Assembly (NCBI GenBank): GCA_036172245.1
Contig: JAYWIR010000010.1
Span: forward strand, 1,488,001-1,552,000
Direction: 5' to 3'
Source: Raillietiella orientalis
Taxonomy: Eukaryota
DNA length: 64,000 nucleotides
The notes beneath the pieces are model-generated. The model saw only the letters and a program-made list of their open reading frames with translations, did not search any database and was not told where the DNA came from. Each line of letters starts with the position of its first letter. The stretch's first letter is position 1. Shown piece by piece: positions 13,748 through 26,400 of the stretch. The translations under genes and the position numbers were made by a program.

Positions 13748-16700
13748 GCCTCCAAGTTCGACATGTTAACCTCCTTTTATTAGTTTCTGGTTCACCATAC
13801 CTCGAAATCCCGGAATGGTGGCAGTGAAGATCTGGGTATCCTTTCGCTATCGATATCCAGACGGTCTCAGATCCAGACGGTCTCAGGGCACTCCTTTGGA
13901 GCTGGCTCTCCTTCCTTCGCAGCATCTCCGGTGAGTATCCACGGAGACAGGCGACACCCAACGCAAGAGCTTTCCCTTCGCCCTAGAGCTCTAGGTTCGT
14001 CCTCTGGGATCCAAGCAAGTGGGACCCCAAACTTGCTGATGTGATGATGCCGCTGTGCAGTCCAGTGTCTCCTTCTCCCGGCTACTCAGGAGGAGTGGAT
14101 GTGCGAGGTGAACTCAGAGGTTGCAAAAGGTGACCGTGCGCCCGTCGGATCGTTCGGATCTCCCGTTCGCTTCTCCCTTTGTCTCAGTCGGCGTCGGCTG
14201 ACTTTGCCAGGTCGCGCGCGCCCACTCACCCCCCTTCCCACATCCAAAAGGAGGCAGAACGATGCAAACTCCGTGGAGACGGGTCCGCCTACGCCTGCGT
14301 CTGCATTTCATTGCGCAGAGGGAAACTCGCGCTTGGCGTTCCTGCCGGATCGCTACCCGTCCTCCTCTTCCCCTGCCTGAACACACGAGCAGGAAGTGAT
14401 AGCGAGCAGGTGACGGATAGTTTGGATGGACCGGAAGGAGGGAAAGCAAGGGTTTCCCAGACACCACTTCCCTGCGGAAGGAGCTTCTGAATCGGGAAAA
14501 ATCCTCCTGACAAAAGAATGATCCGTTTCCGAGGGCGTCCTCGGAGGTTTCCTAGAGAGAGAGCAAAACCTCCTGGGGTTCCCTCCAGATGCTCTTTGAA
14601 TCAGGGCAGTAGTCCTCCACCAGTGAGTGAGGTCACGGGGAGGAGACGGATGCCGTCGATAGCCCGGACGTACCTGTGCACCATAGGGAGAACGCGGCAC
14701 GAAGGACGGGAGGCTGCCCCGCTGCATCTGATGCTGCGCGGAACTCGTTCACCGGGAAGTGAGCGGATCCCAGATGACTTTCGGGGAAAACCCTTCCCTG
14801 TCCTTGCTCTGGAATTTGGAGAGATCTTTGCCCGAGGGAACAAACGCCCTCCTCTCTTTCTCAGGACACGACCTCGGAAGGAATATTCCCGAGAGAGAGC
14901 TGGGCTATCGAGGGAGAGGGTCGAAGAAAAGAGTAGGAGGGAAAGAGAGGAGGAGGCAGAAAAAAAATCTAGCCCTCACGTGTGGAGCAGCAGTGCCGTA
15001 GGGTCTCCTTCGGGGCGTCTTCAGAGCGAGGTGAGGCGCTCAATTTTTTTCTCGTTTTTTCGCTTCCCAGTTCTGGCTTCTTCCTCCCACCCTTTCCCCG
15101 TCTGAGTGGCGCAGTGCGAAGCTCGCTCCTGAGGAAGCGTGGGCGGAATCCAACCGCAGCAATGGAGTGAGCCCTCCTTTTCCCTTCCCAATCACTAAGG
15201 CAGGAATGGGGAGGAAGCGTTCCCGGGACAGGAGGTCTCCAATAATCGGAGATTCCCCGGTGGTGACCGGCTTGCAGCCGCGCGATCGTTTCAGAAGGAC
15301 GGGTTGACCAGGGGAGGGGAAAGGGGAGGCCCTATTCCAGTAGGAGGCGAGCTCCGTTCCATTTTCTTTAGGTGAAGGGGAAGGGGAGGTGGACTTCCAG
15401 TTCCCCTTGATGACGCTTCCGCATTCTCTCTAGGATAAATAGGATTTCCTCGTCGTCCTCCCGTTCCAGGCGATTCTTCTTCCCGATCCCATTTCTCACA
15501 AAAGTGGTATACCTCTTCTCCCCTTGTTTTCTCTCCACAAGAGGTTTTCGAGACAATAAGTTGGGCCGGGTCGACTTCCCCTTTCCAAACTTGGATGAGG
15601 CGGTGCGAGAGAAACAAGATCGTGGAGGAAAGGGGACCGCCCTTTCATCAGCCCCGGAATTCGAACAGTAGTAGGAACGGGGGAGGGAGCCAGGACCTTT
15701 TTCTTCACCCTTTCCCAAGCATCACCAGAATCCCCTCCCCCCCAAGTTATTCCACTTGAGACAGCCTCCTCAGAAGCGTCTCTCTCCTCCTCCGGAGTTT
15801 TTGGAGCCGGAAGGCCGGATTCCGGGAGCGCGAAACATTCCTGGACTCCATGAGATCCATGCTGCGGCGACAACACAGGTGGCGCCAGTAGAGACCGTTC
15901 AGGAGGAGTCACGCGACCGTCTCCGAAGGGGCAGAGACTGGCAGGGATAGGAAGAGGAGAGTGTTATGGAGGAGCAGGGGAGATAGAAGTCTCTTCACTC
16001 GTGAACCTGGAAGCGAAGCAGAGGGAAGCCTGCGCCTGGACCAAAAGGAAGGAAGGAAGGGGAGACAGAAAAGGGAGAAGGGGAGGGAGCTTGTTTTCTC
16101 GTTTTCTTCACCGATGAGAGAAGGGAAGCCGAGAAGGAAACAGGAAAATTAAGATGAAATGAAATAAAGTAAAACAAAACTGAAGAGGTGGTGTGGCAAC
16201 CCTGAGAAGCAGGCGCACTGGTGCGGTCCGGACACCCCACATCCTTCCCGCCTTGGGAGAGGCGCGCTCTCCCTCCTGATTTCGAAGCTCCTGATCGCGG
16301 AATTAACCTCCTCGACCCTGATGCAGGGAAGTTATAGGGCTGCCAGCTCAGGGGGGCTGTGCCGCACAAGGGCGAATCGGACGTCCAGACGGAGGAGCGT
16401 CCGCAGTCCTCTGCTTCCGGCTCGCTCGCTCTGAAGGTGGCGAGAGAGGAAGGGAGATTGGGGGAAACTCGCACCGATCCGCGCTCAGCCTCCAGTGGCG
16501 CGGGGCACGTGCTCTCTGCACGACCGCACGCTCTCGCCGGAGGGGTGAATGCTGAACGGGTCGACTACAGAGCGCGCGAGACTCTTCCCTCCTAGGTGTC
16601 CGTATGCTGAGAGGAGGAGAAGAGAGGGAAGAGGAGAGGAGCGAGAGACCAAGAGGGAGCCATGAAAACGAGGTTCCGAGGGAGTGCAATCTCTAGAAGG

Positions 16701-18929
16701 GATGAGGTTCTGCGAATGGGGGAGGAGCGAAGGATGGAGACGCTTGAAAGAGGGCAGAGCAAGTGGTGGCGCATTCCTCCTCTCCTTAGCAACGATGAGC
16801 CTTTTCCCTCCATTCATCTGCTCACTCTCGTTGCCAAGAAAAAGGGGGAAGGAGAGGTCGGGACTCGTATTCCATCTCCTTGGTGTTGCGAGTGTGCGCG
16901 CCTCCCCTAGCCGCCATCCTGCAGTTCCTCCAGAAGAGGTGGACATACTCGTTTTCCCCAGCCTGGAAGGTTGACGTCAGCGAAGGGTGGCGGATACTCC
17001 CTCCTTTCAATGCCTATCCACGGCCACGGGTCGTGCGAGGCGAAACGCCTCGTTACGCTCCAGAGCTTCCTAGCAACGAGGGGGAGGGAGGGAGGAGTGC
17101 TAGGGAGCCTCTCTGCTGCTTTGGATCTCCTCGTGCCCTCATTCTATTCCTTTTTTTTCTCTTGCCCGAGGAGAGTTAAGCGGAGGAAAGAAGAGGAGGG
17201 AGTTGGGATGAGAGAAGAGGACTGGAAGGAGGGATGTGGGAGTAGAGGAAAAGGGTTCGGCAGGAACTATTTTCCTCCGGGGCTTTAGAGACGGATTTCC
17301 AGGACGGACTGTCCGACATCATCTGGTTCGGATCTCGGTCCTCTTGCCACCCTCCTCCTTCTCCCCCTCTCATCTTTCTTTTCCTCCCTTAATCCTCCCC
17401 CACTCAGCAATCGGATACCTGGGAGGGGAGAGGCACTCGCGGTGCCAGCGACTTGCGTGCGCTTGCGCTCTTAGGAAGAGAGAGTGACGCCTCTTCTTGC
17501 TACTTGCTGCCTTCCCTTTCCTTGATGATGCCATGGCAACCGAGGGGATCCGCAGGCCTAGACAGGAACGACGTCCAAGCAAAGTCCGATGCCTGCATCC
17601 TCCTGGGCACCGGTTTCTCCCAGGTGCGACCACGCCCTCCATCCCCGGGGAGCACCCTGGCTCCTCCGGGCCTTTCGAGAGCTCTTGACGGGCACTTTGT
17701 GAGGGAAAGTCCCGACTTCTGGCGGCACTCCAGCGGAATGATGCTTGCTGTCCTCTCCCCCCTTACGCGTTCCAGATGCCCCGCCTTATGTACCGAACCA
17801 GTGGCACGGAGGCTCGCATCCTCCTCCCCTGGTCACCCCTGTGTGGGGGGGAGGGGGGAGGGAAGCAAGACAGGAACAAATGCAGCCTTCCGCCGTTCAG
17901 GGGCGTCCCTTCCCCCTAATCGATGTTCAGCAGCACGTCCGTCCTCGGTCCCTTGTCTCCCCTTCCCCTGATCAACAGTCCAGTTTCCAGGAGCGGCATC
18001 GTGACCAATGTGAGCTGATGGGGGGTTGCTAGGCGGTTCATCCGGCAGTAGCGGCAGCGGACTCCTTCTGGGGCACCTGGACCAGATCTTCGCCGGTGAC
18101 CCTGTAGGTGCTTCCTCATTCCCTATGGAGAAGGGAGAGACCCAGGAGGGGGCAGCGTTCTGCTGCAGATGCTCCTTTCTCGGTTCCTTGCAGTCTTCGG
18201 AGGCTCTCTCCGCTCCTCACTGATGACTCTCCTGTGTCTGCGGGAGGAGAACGACCCTGCTGCCACCTCTCAGACGCCCGGAGAGATCGCAGAGGGCTCT
18301 CCCGGAGCTGTGCACCGAGAAAACAGAAAAGGCTTGCCTGGAGATGGTATTCCCTCCTAAGGAGGAGGATGCACGGAAGAGGGCTGACGGACACATCACT
18401 CAAGCAGCAGCAAGAGGGCGCGGGGGTCCGTTTCTTAGCAGCGAGGAAGCCCCTCCGAAAGCGCGCTCGCTCCCAGCCAACCTTCCCTGGGTGAGGCGAG
18501 CGGCCTCGGGTGAAGAGAGGGGTGGAGGGAAAAGAAGATGAGGCGGCAGTGGCGCCGTCGGGTCTGATGCATCTTCCCGCGCCCCGCCGCCTCAAGGCTT
18601 CCAGCGATCCCAGTGTGACGTCACCCGCGCACGGAGCTGTCCGTAGCTGCCGCTCTTCCTGAGAGGCGCTACCTGCAGGCCGGAAGGCAAGAAAGAGGGA
18701 GAGGGGGAAGGGACCAAAGGGAAATAGAGGGAATAATGGGGATGATCTTCTTCGGTTTCCCTGGTAGGGAGGGATTCACCCTGGAAGAGATGTGCTTGTC
18801 CCTTGGGGACCCTGGCCCTCCTCCTCCTGCAGCGGCATCAACACCCAGCGCATCCACTCCCGCCGTGGGAGGAACGTAGGTCGACTTCTCCCCTGGGGCG
18901 AAGCCGGGAAGGAGGTTTTAACCCGGTCA

Positions 18930-19850
18930 CGCCGGGACGTTTATTACAAAACTACAAGTTTGAAGGGATATGTATCCCTCCAAGAAACAAGAGACGCCCA
19001 TACAAAAAGTTCAACTGGGATGACCATTGGCACGCACGCCGGCTTGGAAAAAAGAAGGGAACGGAGTGAAGGGACACAAAATAAACAAAAAAAAAACAAG
19101 GAATGGTGGGAACTGGGACCTTTGGCTTAAAACGTTCCTCTTCTTCTAGAAGCGCCGCTTGACGATGGTGACTTCCCTGGCGGCTTTTCTGGGCAGGCGA
19201 GGCCACCATGCAGCTACCTTCATAAGGTTTGCTGCTATGCTGGTGGCGTCTTTTCGCTGCGAACTTCCTTCGAGCTTACGGCGGGCTGTCACGATGGCGC
19301 GGATGCAACAGATGGTTGCGATCACAGTGCCTTTCTTCAGTCCATCCTTGGTGAAGAAGAGCCGCAGCAAACTGGTGGCAGTGTCCTGGGGACGACGAAG
19401 TGCCGAAGCAAGTCTCCGCCATAACATCTGGAAGTCACAGCATTCCAATAGAAAATGCGAGAGCGACTCAATCGCCCCGCTCCTGAGACAGTTGGGGAGG
19501 CAACTCCGCCGGAAACCAGGTGCCTGCGCTGATTGCACTGGAAGCCCCAGTGCAGGAATAGCAGAACATCCTGTTTCCAGCGAAGGGGGAACACAGAGGT
19601 GTCCATACAAAGGGAAGGGACCACAAGTTCTTCGGGGGAGGGAGCACCTGGTTGTGCGTCCCTGCTTCCGGGAGCCGCTCGGTCGGGAGGCGGTGGTCCT
19701 TTACTGAGGAAGGGATCGCCGGAGCACGCACCAGCGCCGGCACCAGGCAGAGTGTCAGAATTCCTGGGGTCCCGACCCTATTCCCGAGCGGAAGGGGACG
19801 TCGCTCATGCCTCCTGACATGCTGCGGGCATCCGAGCGACATTTCCGCGC
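18930..19850 (-). mobile_element. 3' end of an L1/Tx1-clade non-LTR retrotransposon (ORF2 C-terminal CCHC zinc-binding domain plus 3' UTR)
   Basis: ORF 19146-19610(-) contains CLPNCLRSGAIESLSHFLLEC....LW, a C..C..ESxxHxLxxC motif; T-rich 3' UTR; AATAAA at 18940-18945(-), followed by a small hairpin CCCGG-cgtga-CCGGG. Confidence 0.7.
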
Positions 19851-19960
19851 GCGTCTTCCTCTGTTTTTTCTCTCTTCTTCTCCTTCTCTTCCCCCTCCCC
19901 CTCCTCCTCCTTGCTGAGACTTCAGCATCCTCCTCTCTTCCGCTGCCCTCGAGTCAGCAG

Positions 19961-19995
19961 CATTTTGATCGCAGCTAAAAAGGCCGAGAAGCGAT
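19961..19995 (-). pseudogene. U2 snRNA 5' fragment
   Basis: ATCGCTTCTCGGCCTTTTTAGCTGCGATCAAAATG; the first 18 nt are identical to the metazoan U2 5' end ATCGCTTCTCGGCCTTTTGGCTAAGATCAA. Confidence 0.7.
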
Positions 19996-22648
19996 CATCC
20001 GTGGCGGTAGCAGCGCCCGACCCTCGTGGTGGCGGCGGGAACGTATCGGATGCTGGCCGGACCCGCGGAGCAGCGGGGTGGCGTTGCAGTTGCCGCCGCA
20101 ACGGGCCGCTACGCTTCCATGACTGCGGGCGAGGCATTCCGCTCGGCTCGCCGCCGCGCATGCGCCGGAGTAACCCACATCTGGTCAGTTCAGTCAACAT
20201 CCGGGATGCGGCGTGCGCACGTGCGGTTCTCCTGACTCCTGGAAGCGACTGATCTGCCTTCCCTCCCGTGCCCTTCCTAGCATCCCGGCTGCCTCGGGCA
20301 GACGACGAGCAGCAGAAAAGGGATAGTCCGGGCTCCTATCCGAAAAGCTACAGGTGAGTGAGGGTGCGTGGGTGAGAGGGGAGAGGGGGAGGGAGGAAGG
20401 AGAATCGGGCTCTTTTTCCTCTGGGGATCTTAGGCGGGATCTCTCCCCCGGGCATCTCACCCCTGCATCTCTGCTCTCCCTCCTCTATCCCGCAGCGGAA
20501 GCAAGCGCATGCGAGAGAGAAGGGGTGCGTGGCGATGGGTGGAGGGAGCAGGATCAGGGAACGGGGAGGCACGTGCGTCGACGTCAATCCCCGCAGCTGC
20601 TCGCTCGCTTCCGGGTCGTTCGCCCCGGTGTCGGAGTGGTCCACGGATCGACACCCCTTTTCCTCATTCCACCCTGCTGAGAAGGGGTTGCGCAGAGGAA
20701 ACGAGAGGGGTCCCCCTGTCGATCTCACTGTGGGGGTGAGACCGCGTGCAGACTTTGCTCTGCAGGCCCAACTCCTTTCTTCTCTGCTCCCTCCCGTCAT
20801 TCCCCCGAGCGCCTTTAGCTCCCCGCCGTGTCCAGAGGCGTCCCCGGCGGCCTCTTCCCATTTCGCTTTGTCCCTGTGCCTCTCCCGGGCACTACGCGCA
20901 GTCCTCGCGTACTTGCCTTCCAGCAGCAAGCGCAGGTACCACCAACGGCAGTACTTCGAGATCGGACAGCTCCCCCCTTGTCTCTCCCAATGGCATCTCG
21001 CGGGCGGAAGTGGAAACGACACCGTCCCCCTAGGCGTCTCGTCCTAGCACCGCTGGCATCTCGCGGGAGAACGTGGAACCGTTCTCTAGGTAATTGAGGG
21101 GTACTGCACGTGGCGAACTATCGTGGCGAACGCACGCACGCACACAGCATTCACGCCAGCTCTTTCCGACTGAGCAGGACTCTGGCATGCGCTGTTGGAG
21201 TCGTCCGGGAGACCGGGAGTCCGGTCAAAGGGGGAGATGGGGAGTGGGGAGGCTGCATCTTCTCGCTCCGCCACATCAAGTCGTGAGGAGATTGCGGGAC
21301 GCCGCAGGACTGCGGAGCCCATGGCAACCGGCTGCTCGAGCGGTTGCGACCCGCTCCTCAGCCCTGGCACGTGGTGTCCCTGCGTTGCTCCACGCGCGTT
21401 ACCCGAGGGGCTGTTTCGTTCCCGCGCGAGGCCGTGCGTCCCCAGACTCCTCGCGGCATCTTCCGGGTGGGACAGAGGACCTCCCACGCGCGAGAGATGC
21501 ACCCGTCCTGGACCCTGCCTTTCCTGTTTGTCCGAGCGGGAGATCGAGAGAAGGTGAGGGGGTGGAGATGCTGATCATCACAAGAGGCGCCCCTCATCCT
21601 TCGTCCCGGCGCGCGGTGTCCTCAGCCGCTTGTTTCGAGGTGCGATGCCGTATCCGTGACCCCGAACGACCTTTGCAAGCCAGAGGATGCGTCAGCCCGG
21701 TGGAGGCTGCTTTTCCTTTTGCTCGTCTCCACGCGGTGCCACGCAACGAGGCAGGAAGGAAAGCGGAGGGGGAGGGGAGGTTTCGGGCCATTTCCGAGAG
21801 TAGTCGAGCCGCTGCCGAGGTCAGGGATCGAAGGCCACGAGCGTCCTGGTGCGCGCGAGCGGGGATAGAGCCGGCGGAAGGAATCGAAGGAGGACGGGAC
21901 GGGGAAAAGGGATTTTCCTTGACGAGTCCTCCCGCACGTCACGGAGCCTTCTGCGGAGCTTCCAGAGTGTCAGCCATCGGCCCGCCGCCTCAGGGGGAGA
22001 CGAGCCGCGGGCGGGCTGCCTGCCGTCAAGGTCGGACGCTAAGATCGAGAACGTGCTCTCGGAACGACCTTGGAAACGGCGGCGGAACCGTTGCCAAGGT
22101 CGCGCGGGAGGATTCCTTCCACCGCTCCTCCCCCATCCGCTCTCACCACCTCTCGCGGAGGTGGTCGCCCTGATACAGAGGGATGCGGGAGTTCGGGGCG
22201 TAGAAGGGAATGGAGTGGGGAGGCAGGCGAGCTCCCCTTCCTGCCGAGGTCGCGTGGAGTCACGTGTAGCTGGTCCTCGTGTCTCTTCTTGCACCTCCTC
22301 TCCGCGGCCGGCTGTCGGGGCCGGGGGTAAGCACAGCGGAAGTCGACGCGCGCGCCCGTGCGCGGCTAGCGGCGGGGTTGCGAAACCTCGGGAGGGAGCG
22401 CTCGCTCCTCTCGTCCTCTCCCGAGCTGCACGCGAGCCACCGGCGCCGTTCTCCGTGCCATGGAAGCCTTGGGTTACGGAGGTGAGCCCACCGCCCCCGA
22501 CCGCAGAAGGTCAGGCGCGAGAGCGCGTGCACGCCGCCTTCGTCTCCGGCGGGAGTTCCCTCAGAGAGGGAGGGGGTGGGTCTCCTCCCACTCGCCTCCT
22601 CCGCCTCCCGGCTCTCGCGCAGCAGCTACTCTTCTCTCTCCACTCCCG

Positions 22649-23128
22649 ATGACGGTGAGCTACGAGGAGGTCCCTCTCCCCTCCCCCATGACTGGCGGCG
22701 GCGACTCTCCGGGGAGCTCCGGCGAAGCGCGAGATCCCCGCGGACGCCCTGGTGCGGCCGGCCGGCAAGCCGCGAACCTGGCGGCAGCACCGCTCCCCTC
22801 TTCGCGGAGGGGGAGGAGGAGGGATGACCGGTAAAAAAAAAAAAAAAAAGGAGAAGAAAAAAAGGAAAACCTTCCCCCTAAATCCCTGGGGGCGCAGGGA
22901 CGCGCACTCCCTCCTCCTTTCCCTTCCGCGCGCGCGCACGCTATCGGACGGTGCTCCCACCACGGCTTCTTCTCCCCTCAGGATACAGGGCGCCTCTGGG
23001 CCACGGTCGAAATCCCGGAGGGGACCCTCAGCAGGAGGGAACTCGTTGGGCCACGTCGAGGAGGAGGAGGAGGAACTCCCACACACCAGGATCAGGGTCG
23101 GTCCCGCGGGACCTCGCCACGCCCCTAG
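22649..23128 (+). CDS. Probable upstream exons (22649-22830, 22982-23128) encoding a low-complexity N-terminus of the SLC6 gene
   Basis: ATG at 22649 (MTVSYEEVPLPSP..); donor CG|GTAAAA at 22831; acceptor ttctcccctcag|G at 22981; donor AG|GTGAGG at 23129. Phases match each other and the acceptor ctgtttcag at 23375, but that path meets an in-frame TAG at 23392-23394. Confidence 0.5.
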
Positions 23129-23406
23129 GTGAGGGATGCCTCCTCCAGCTTTCCCCTCCCTTTCTCCTTCCCATGCCTCACGGACGTGTCCAGGGGCAAC
23201 CGCCGCCTCCTCCTCTCCACCTGGCGTCCGCGCCTCTTCTCCCAGAGGTTTCTTCTCTTCCTTCAGCCCTGCCATCTTCACCTCGCCCGGTCCCCCTCTC
23301 CCCGATCCCGAGGGTACAGGTCCCCCCGTTCCCGTCCCCGGCCGCTTGGTCTGACACGAGTGACCTCTGTTTCAGCGCGACCCGCGCCGGCTAGGAGGAG
23401 AACTCC

Positions 23407-26400
23407 ATGCTGCTGAACCTGGAGGACAGCCCGGTCCCGGGCCGCTTCCTCCCGTGGCCCCATGACTTCAGCGCCGCTGCCGCCTCAGTGTCCTGCATCC
23501 TGGGGTGGTACAACATCGACCGGTTCGGCGTCGTGTCGGCATTGCTAAAAGGTTTGGTCCAGAGGCTGCGCCGCGGAAGCTCCCCTCCCCCCTTTTCTCC
23601 CCTCCTCCCCGGTCTCTCTCCGGCGCCCTCGCGCACCAGCCCATTGCAGTGTTCAGGCCTCCCGCGCAACCATCCACCCCGAGGGGGTCCCCCGGGAGGT
23701 GACCCTGTCAGGGAGCCGCACAGCTGCTGTCCCTGCCTGCACGTCTTTCCCTCCCCCTCCTCCCCCGGTGGCCGCAGCGCTTCCAGCGAACGGAAGAACT
23801 CCGATACCTCCGGATCGGAGGTCACGCAACCTCCTTCGCCCGTCCGGAGGCTCCCTCGGCTCTTCCCGGTGGGTCCTCTCGTCCTGCCGGCGGTGCAGAA
23901 GAGAGCCCTCGGGCTTCCCCAGGGCACCCCACATGGTTTCCACCGGAGGGTGCATCCTTTCTCCTCCACCCCCACGCTGCAGCCTGACCTTCCCATTCTC
24001 TCTCTCCTCTCCTCCTCCAGGACCGTTTTTGCTGTATTTTTTCGTCTTCACGGCCGTCTTCGGCGTGCCCATGCTGGTCATGTTCATGGCCCTGGGGCAG
24101 CACATCGGGACGGGTACCTTCCGGATGTGGAACCTGTGCCCCGTGTTTATGGTGGGTTTGACCCACCAATGCTCCCTCCCCTCCCCCCCGATCCGTCCAG
24201 TACGGAGCCTGCCACGTGCCCTCCTCCTCCCCTCCAGGGTATCGGCATCTCGCTCACCCTGGCCTACTTCATGGTGGCGCTGTACTCCGCCGTGCCCATC
24301 TCCTGGCTGTTCGTTTACCCAAGGGACTTCTTCACCCAGAACTGGTCCGACTGCTCCGGTGGCTCCGCCTTTCAGCTGTGTAAGAGCCCCCAGGGGTACC
24401 TTTGCGCTCACCCCGTGTCTTGTCCCCCCCGTGCTCCTCCCCCAGGCCACCACAAGCACTGGAGGAACGGTTCCCTGCTCGCGGCTGTGTCCAGCTACTT
24501 CGAGTGAGTAGCGGAAGGGTCTCCTGCGCTTGGGATAGGAGAGGGGGTGGCGGGAGCGCTTGATCTCGCCGAACGAACGCGGGGGTATGCACGTCCCCAC
24601 TCCTCCTGTGTGCGCAGGGTGCAGGTCCTCAAACAGGACGCCGCCTCCTCCGCCTACGGAACGAAGGACGCCATGATGCTCGGGCCCATGCACTTCGAGT
24701 CGATCTTCAACCTGGCCGTCGTGTGGCTCATCGTCCTGTTCTTCCTCATACGAGGTGATGTTCCTCCCCCTTCACCGTCTCCTCCCTCTCCGTCCCCCGT
24801 CGGAGGCGACAACGACGTTGCTCTGCGTCCTCCTCATTTAGGCGTCAACTCCCTCGGCAGGATCGTCTACTTCACCTCCCTGATCACCATATTCGGGATG
24901 CTGCTGGTGGGCATCGAATTCATCTCCATGACCGACGGAAACTTGACCCTCGGCATCGACGGCGTGACCTACAGCGATTTTTTCAAAGACGCCTGGGTAA
25001 GCCGAACCGCGCCTGCGCCTTCGTTCTCCCAGAGCTGCCGCGCGACGCAGAGGCAAGCCCGTGCTCGGGTGGAAGGGAAAGTCGCGGGCTCGCATCCCTT
25101 GCGTGGCCGCGCGACGCCGAGGTGAAGACAGGAGGACGGCCTCCTCGGAGCGTCCTTCCGCCCTCTTCCGAGTGGAGCGCCACCTCCGCCTTGCGCAATC
25201 CGGTCCGATCTCGAGTCGTTTCCTGCGTCCCCGGAGGGAAAGAGAGGGAGGGACCTTCGCCTTCAGCGCGGGGGGGCGAGTAGGAACCGAATCGCGGAAG
25301 GTCTCGTCTTGGGCGGGGCGTGCATGGGTACGGAAAGGCCGCGCGCGTCCGCCGCGGGTGCGGGTCGCAGCCCCAGCTCGGGGTGACCGCAGTCTACGCC
25401 GCAAGCTGGCGCTTTTCAGCAGTCGCCTACGAGCTCTCGCGGCCCTTCCTTTCCTCAGTAGAACTTCCTCCGCCAGCACACCGTCGCTATCCCCTGAGCC
25501 CTTCGGGAAACCCTGGTGCACACGTACTCGTCCCCGGGGGCGCTCGAGAACTTTACCTCGGGGTTCGGACTGTCCCCACATCCCTCCTCCCTGGGAGGCT
25601 CTGCAAGAGCGAGTGGTGTCCGCTTACCAGACAACCAGCTGGTTCCTAGGATGGGTGTGGAGGGGACGGTTCAACCAGCTCGCTCACCGGCTGCAGCAGC
25701 AGAAGGAACGGAACGGAGGAAGCAGAGACGACGGTTGACGCGGGGCCAGCGGGACGGGAAGTCTCCGAAGGCTTCGTGGCCGAAGTGCGCGCTCCAACGG
25801 CGGGGTGCGGCTGAAGACCGCTTAGGAGTCCTTCTTTCCCGCCCCATCCCGCCAACCTCGGAGGAGAGAGGAGCAGTGTCCGAGGACATCTCACCTCTTC
25901 CTTCTTTCCTTCCCCATCTCCCCTTTCTCCTCCCGCTCTGTCGTTTCCCTCCGATGACCGGCGACTTCACGAGGTCATCATCGTCTAGATGACGCTCCTT
26001 CTCTGATTCCAGTTCTGGCTCATCACCATGAGAGAAGTGGTTATGATCTGGGGCATGAACGGGGTCGTCATCGTCCAGATCTACAGCCACGAAAGAAAGA
26101 GGCGCATATTGGTACGAGATGCCTGCCTTGTCATCCTATCTGTCAGTCTCGTTTTATTGCTGTCCTCGTTTCTCACCATGTCTTGCCTGAGGCTCCTGGA
26201 AAACAGTGGATCTTCGTACACCTTCGATACCTCTGGTAAGCGTCCTTCCTCGCTCCGCGCGAGGAACCCATGTCCCCCCCCGCCCACCCCGTTGCCCATT
26301 CCTCCTCCTTTTCTTCCTTCCTCCCTCCCAGAAACGTGGAACCCGGGGTCTCTCTCGAGCCTCCGAGGGCATCATCCCCAGATAAGCAAGAACCAGCAGG

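Noticed and set aside
21094..22652. 359-aa and 267-aa ORFs upstream of the SLC6 gene
   Set aside because: Low-complexity GC-rich frames without recognisable motifs.
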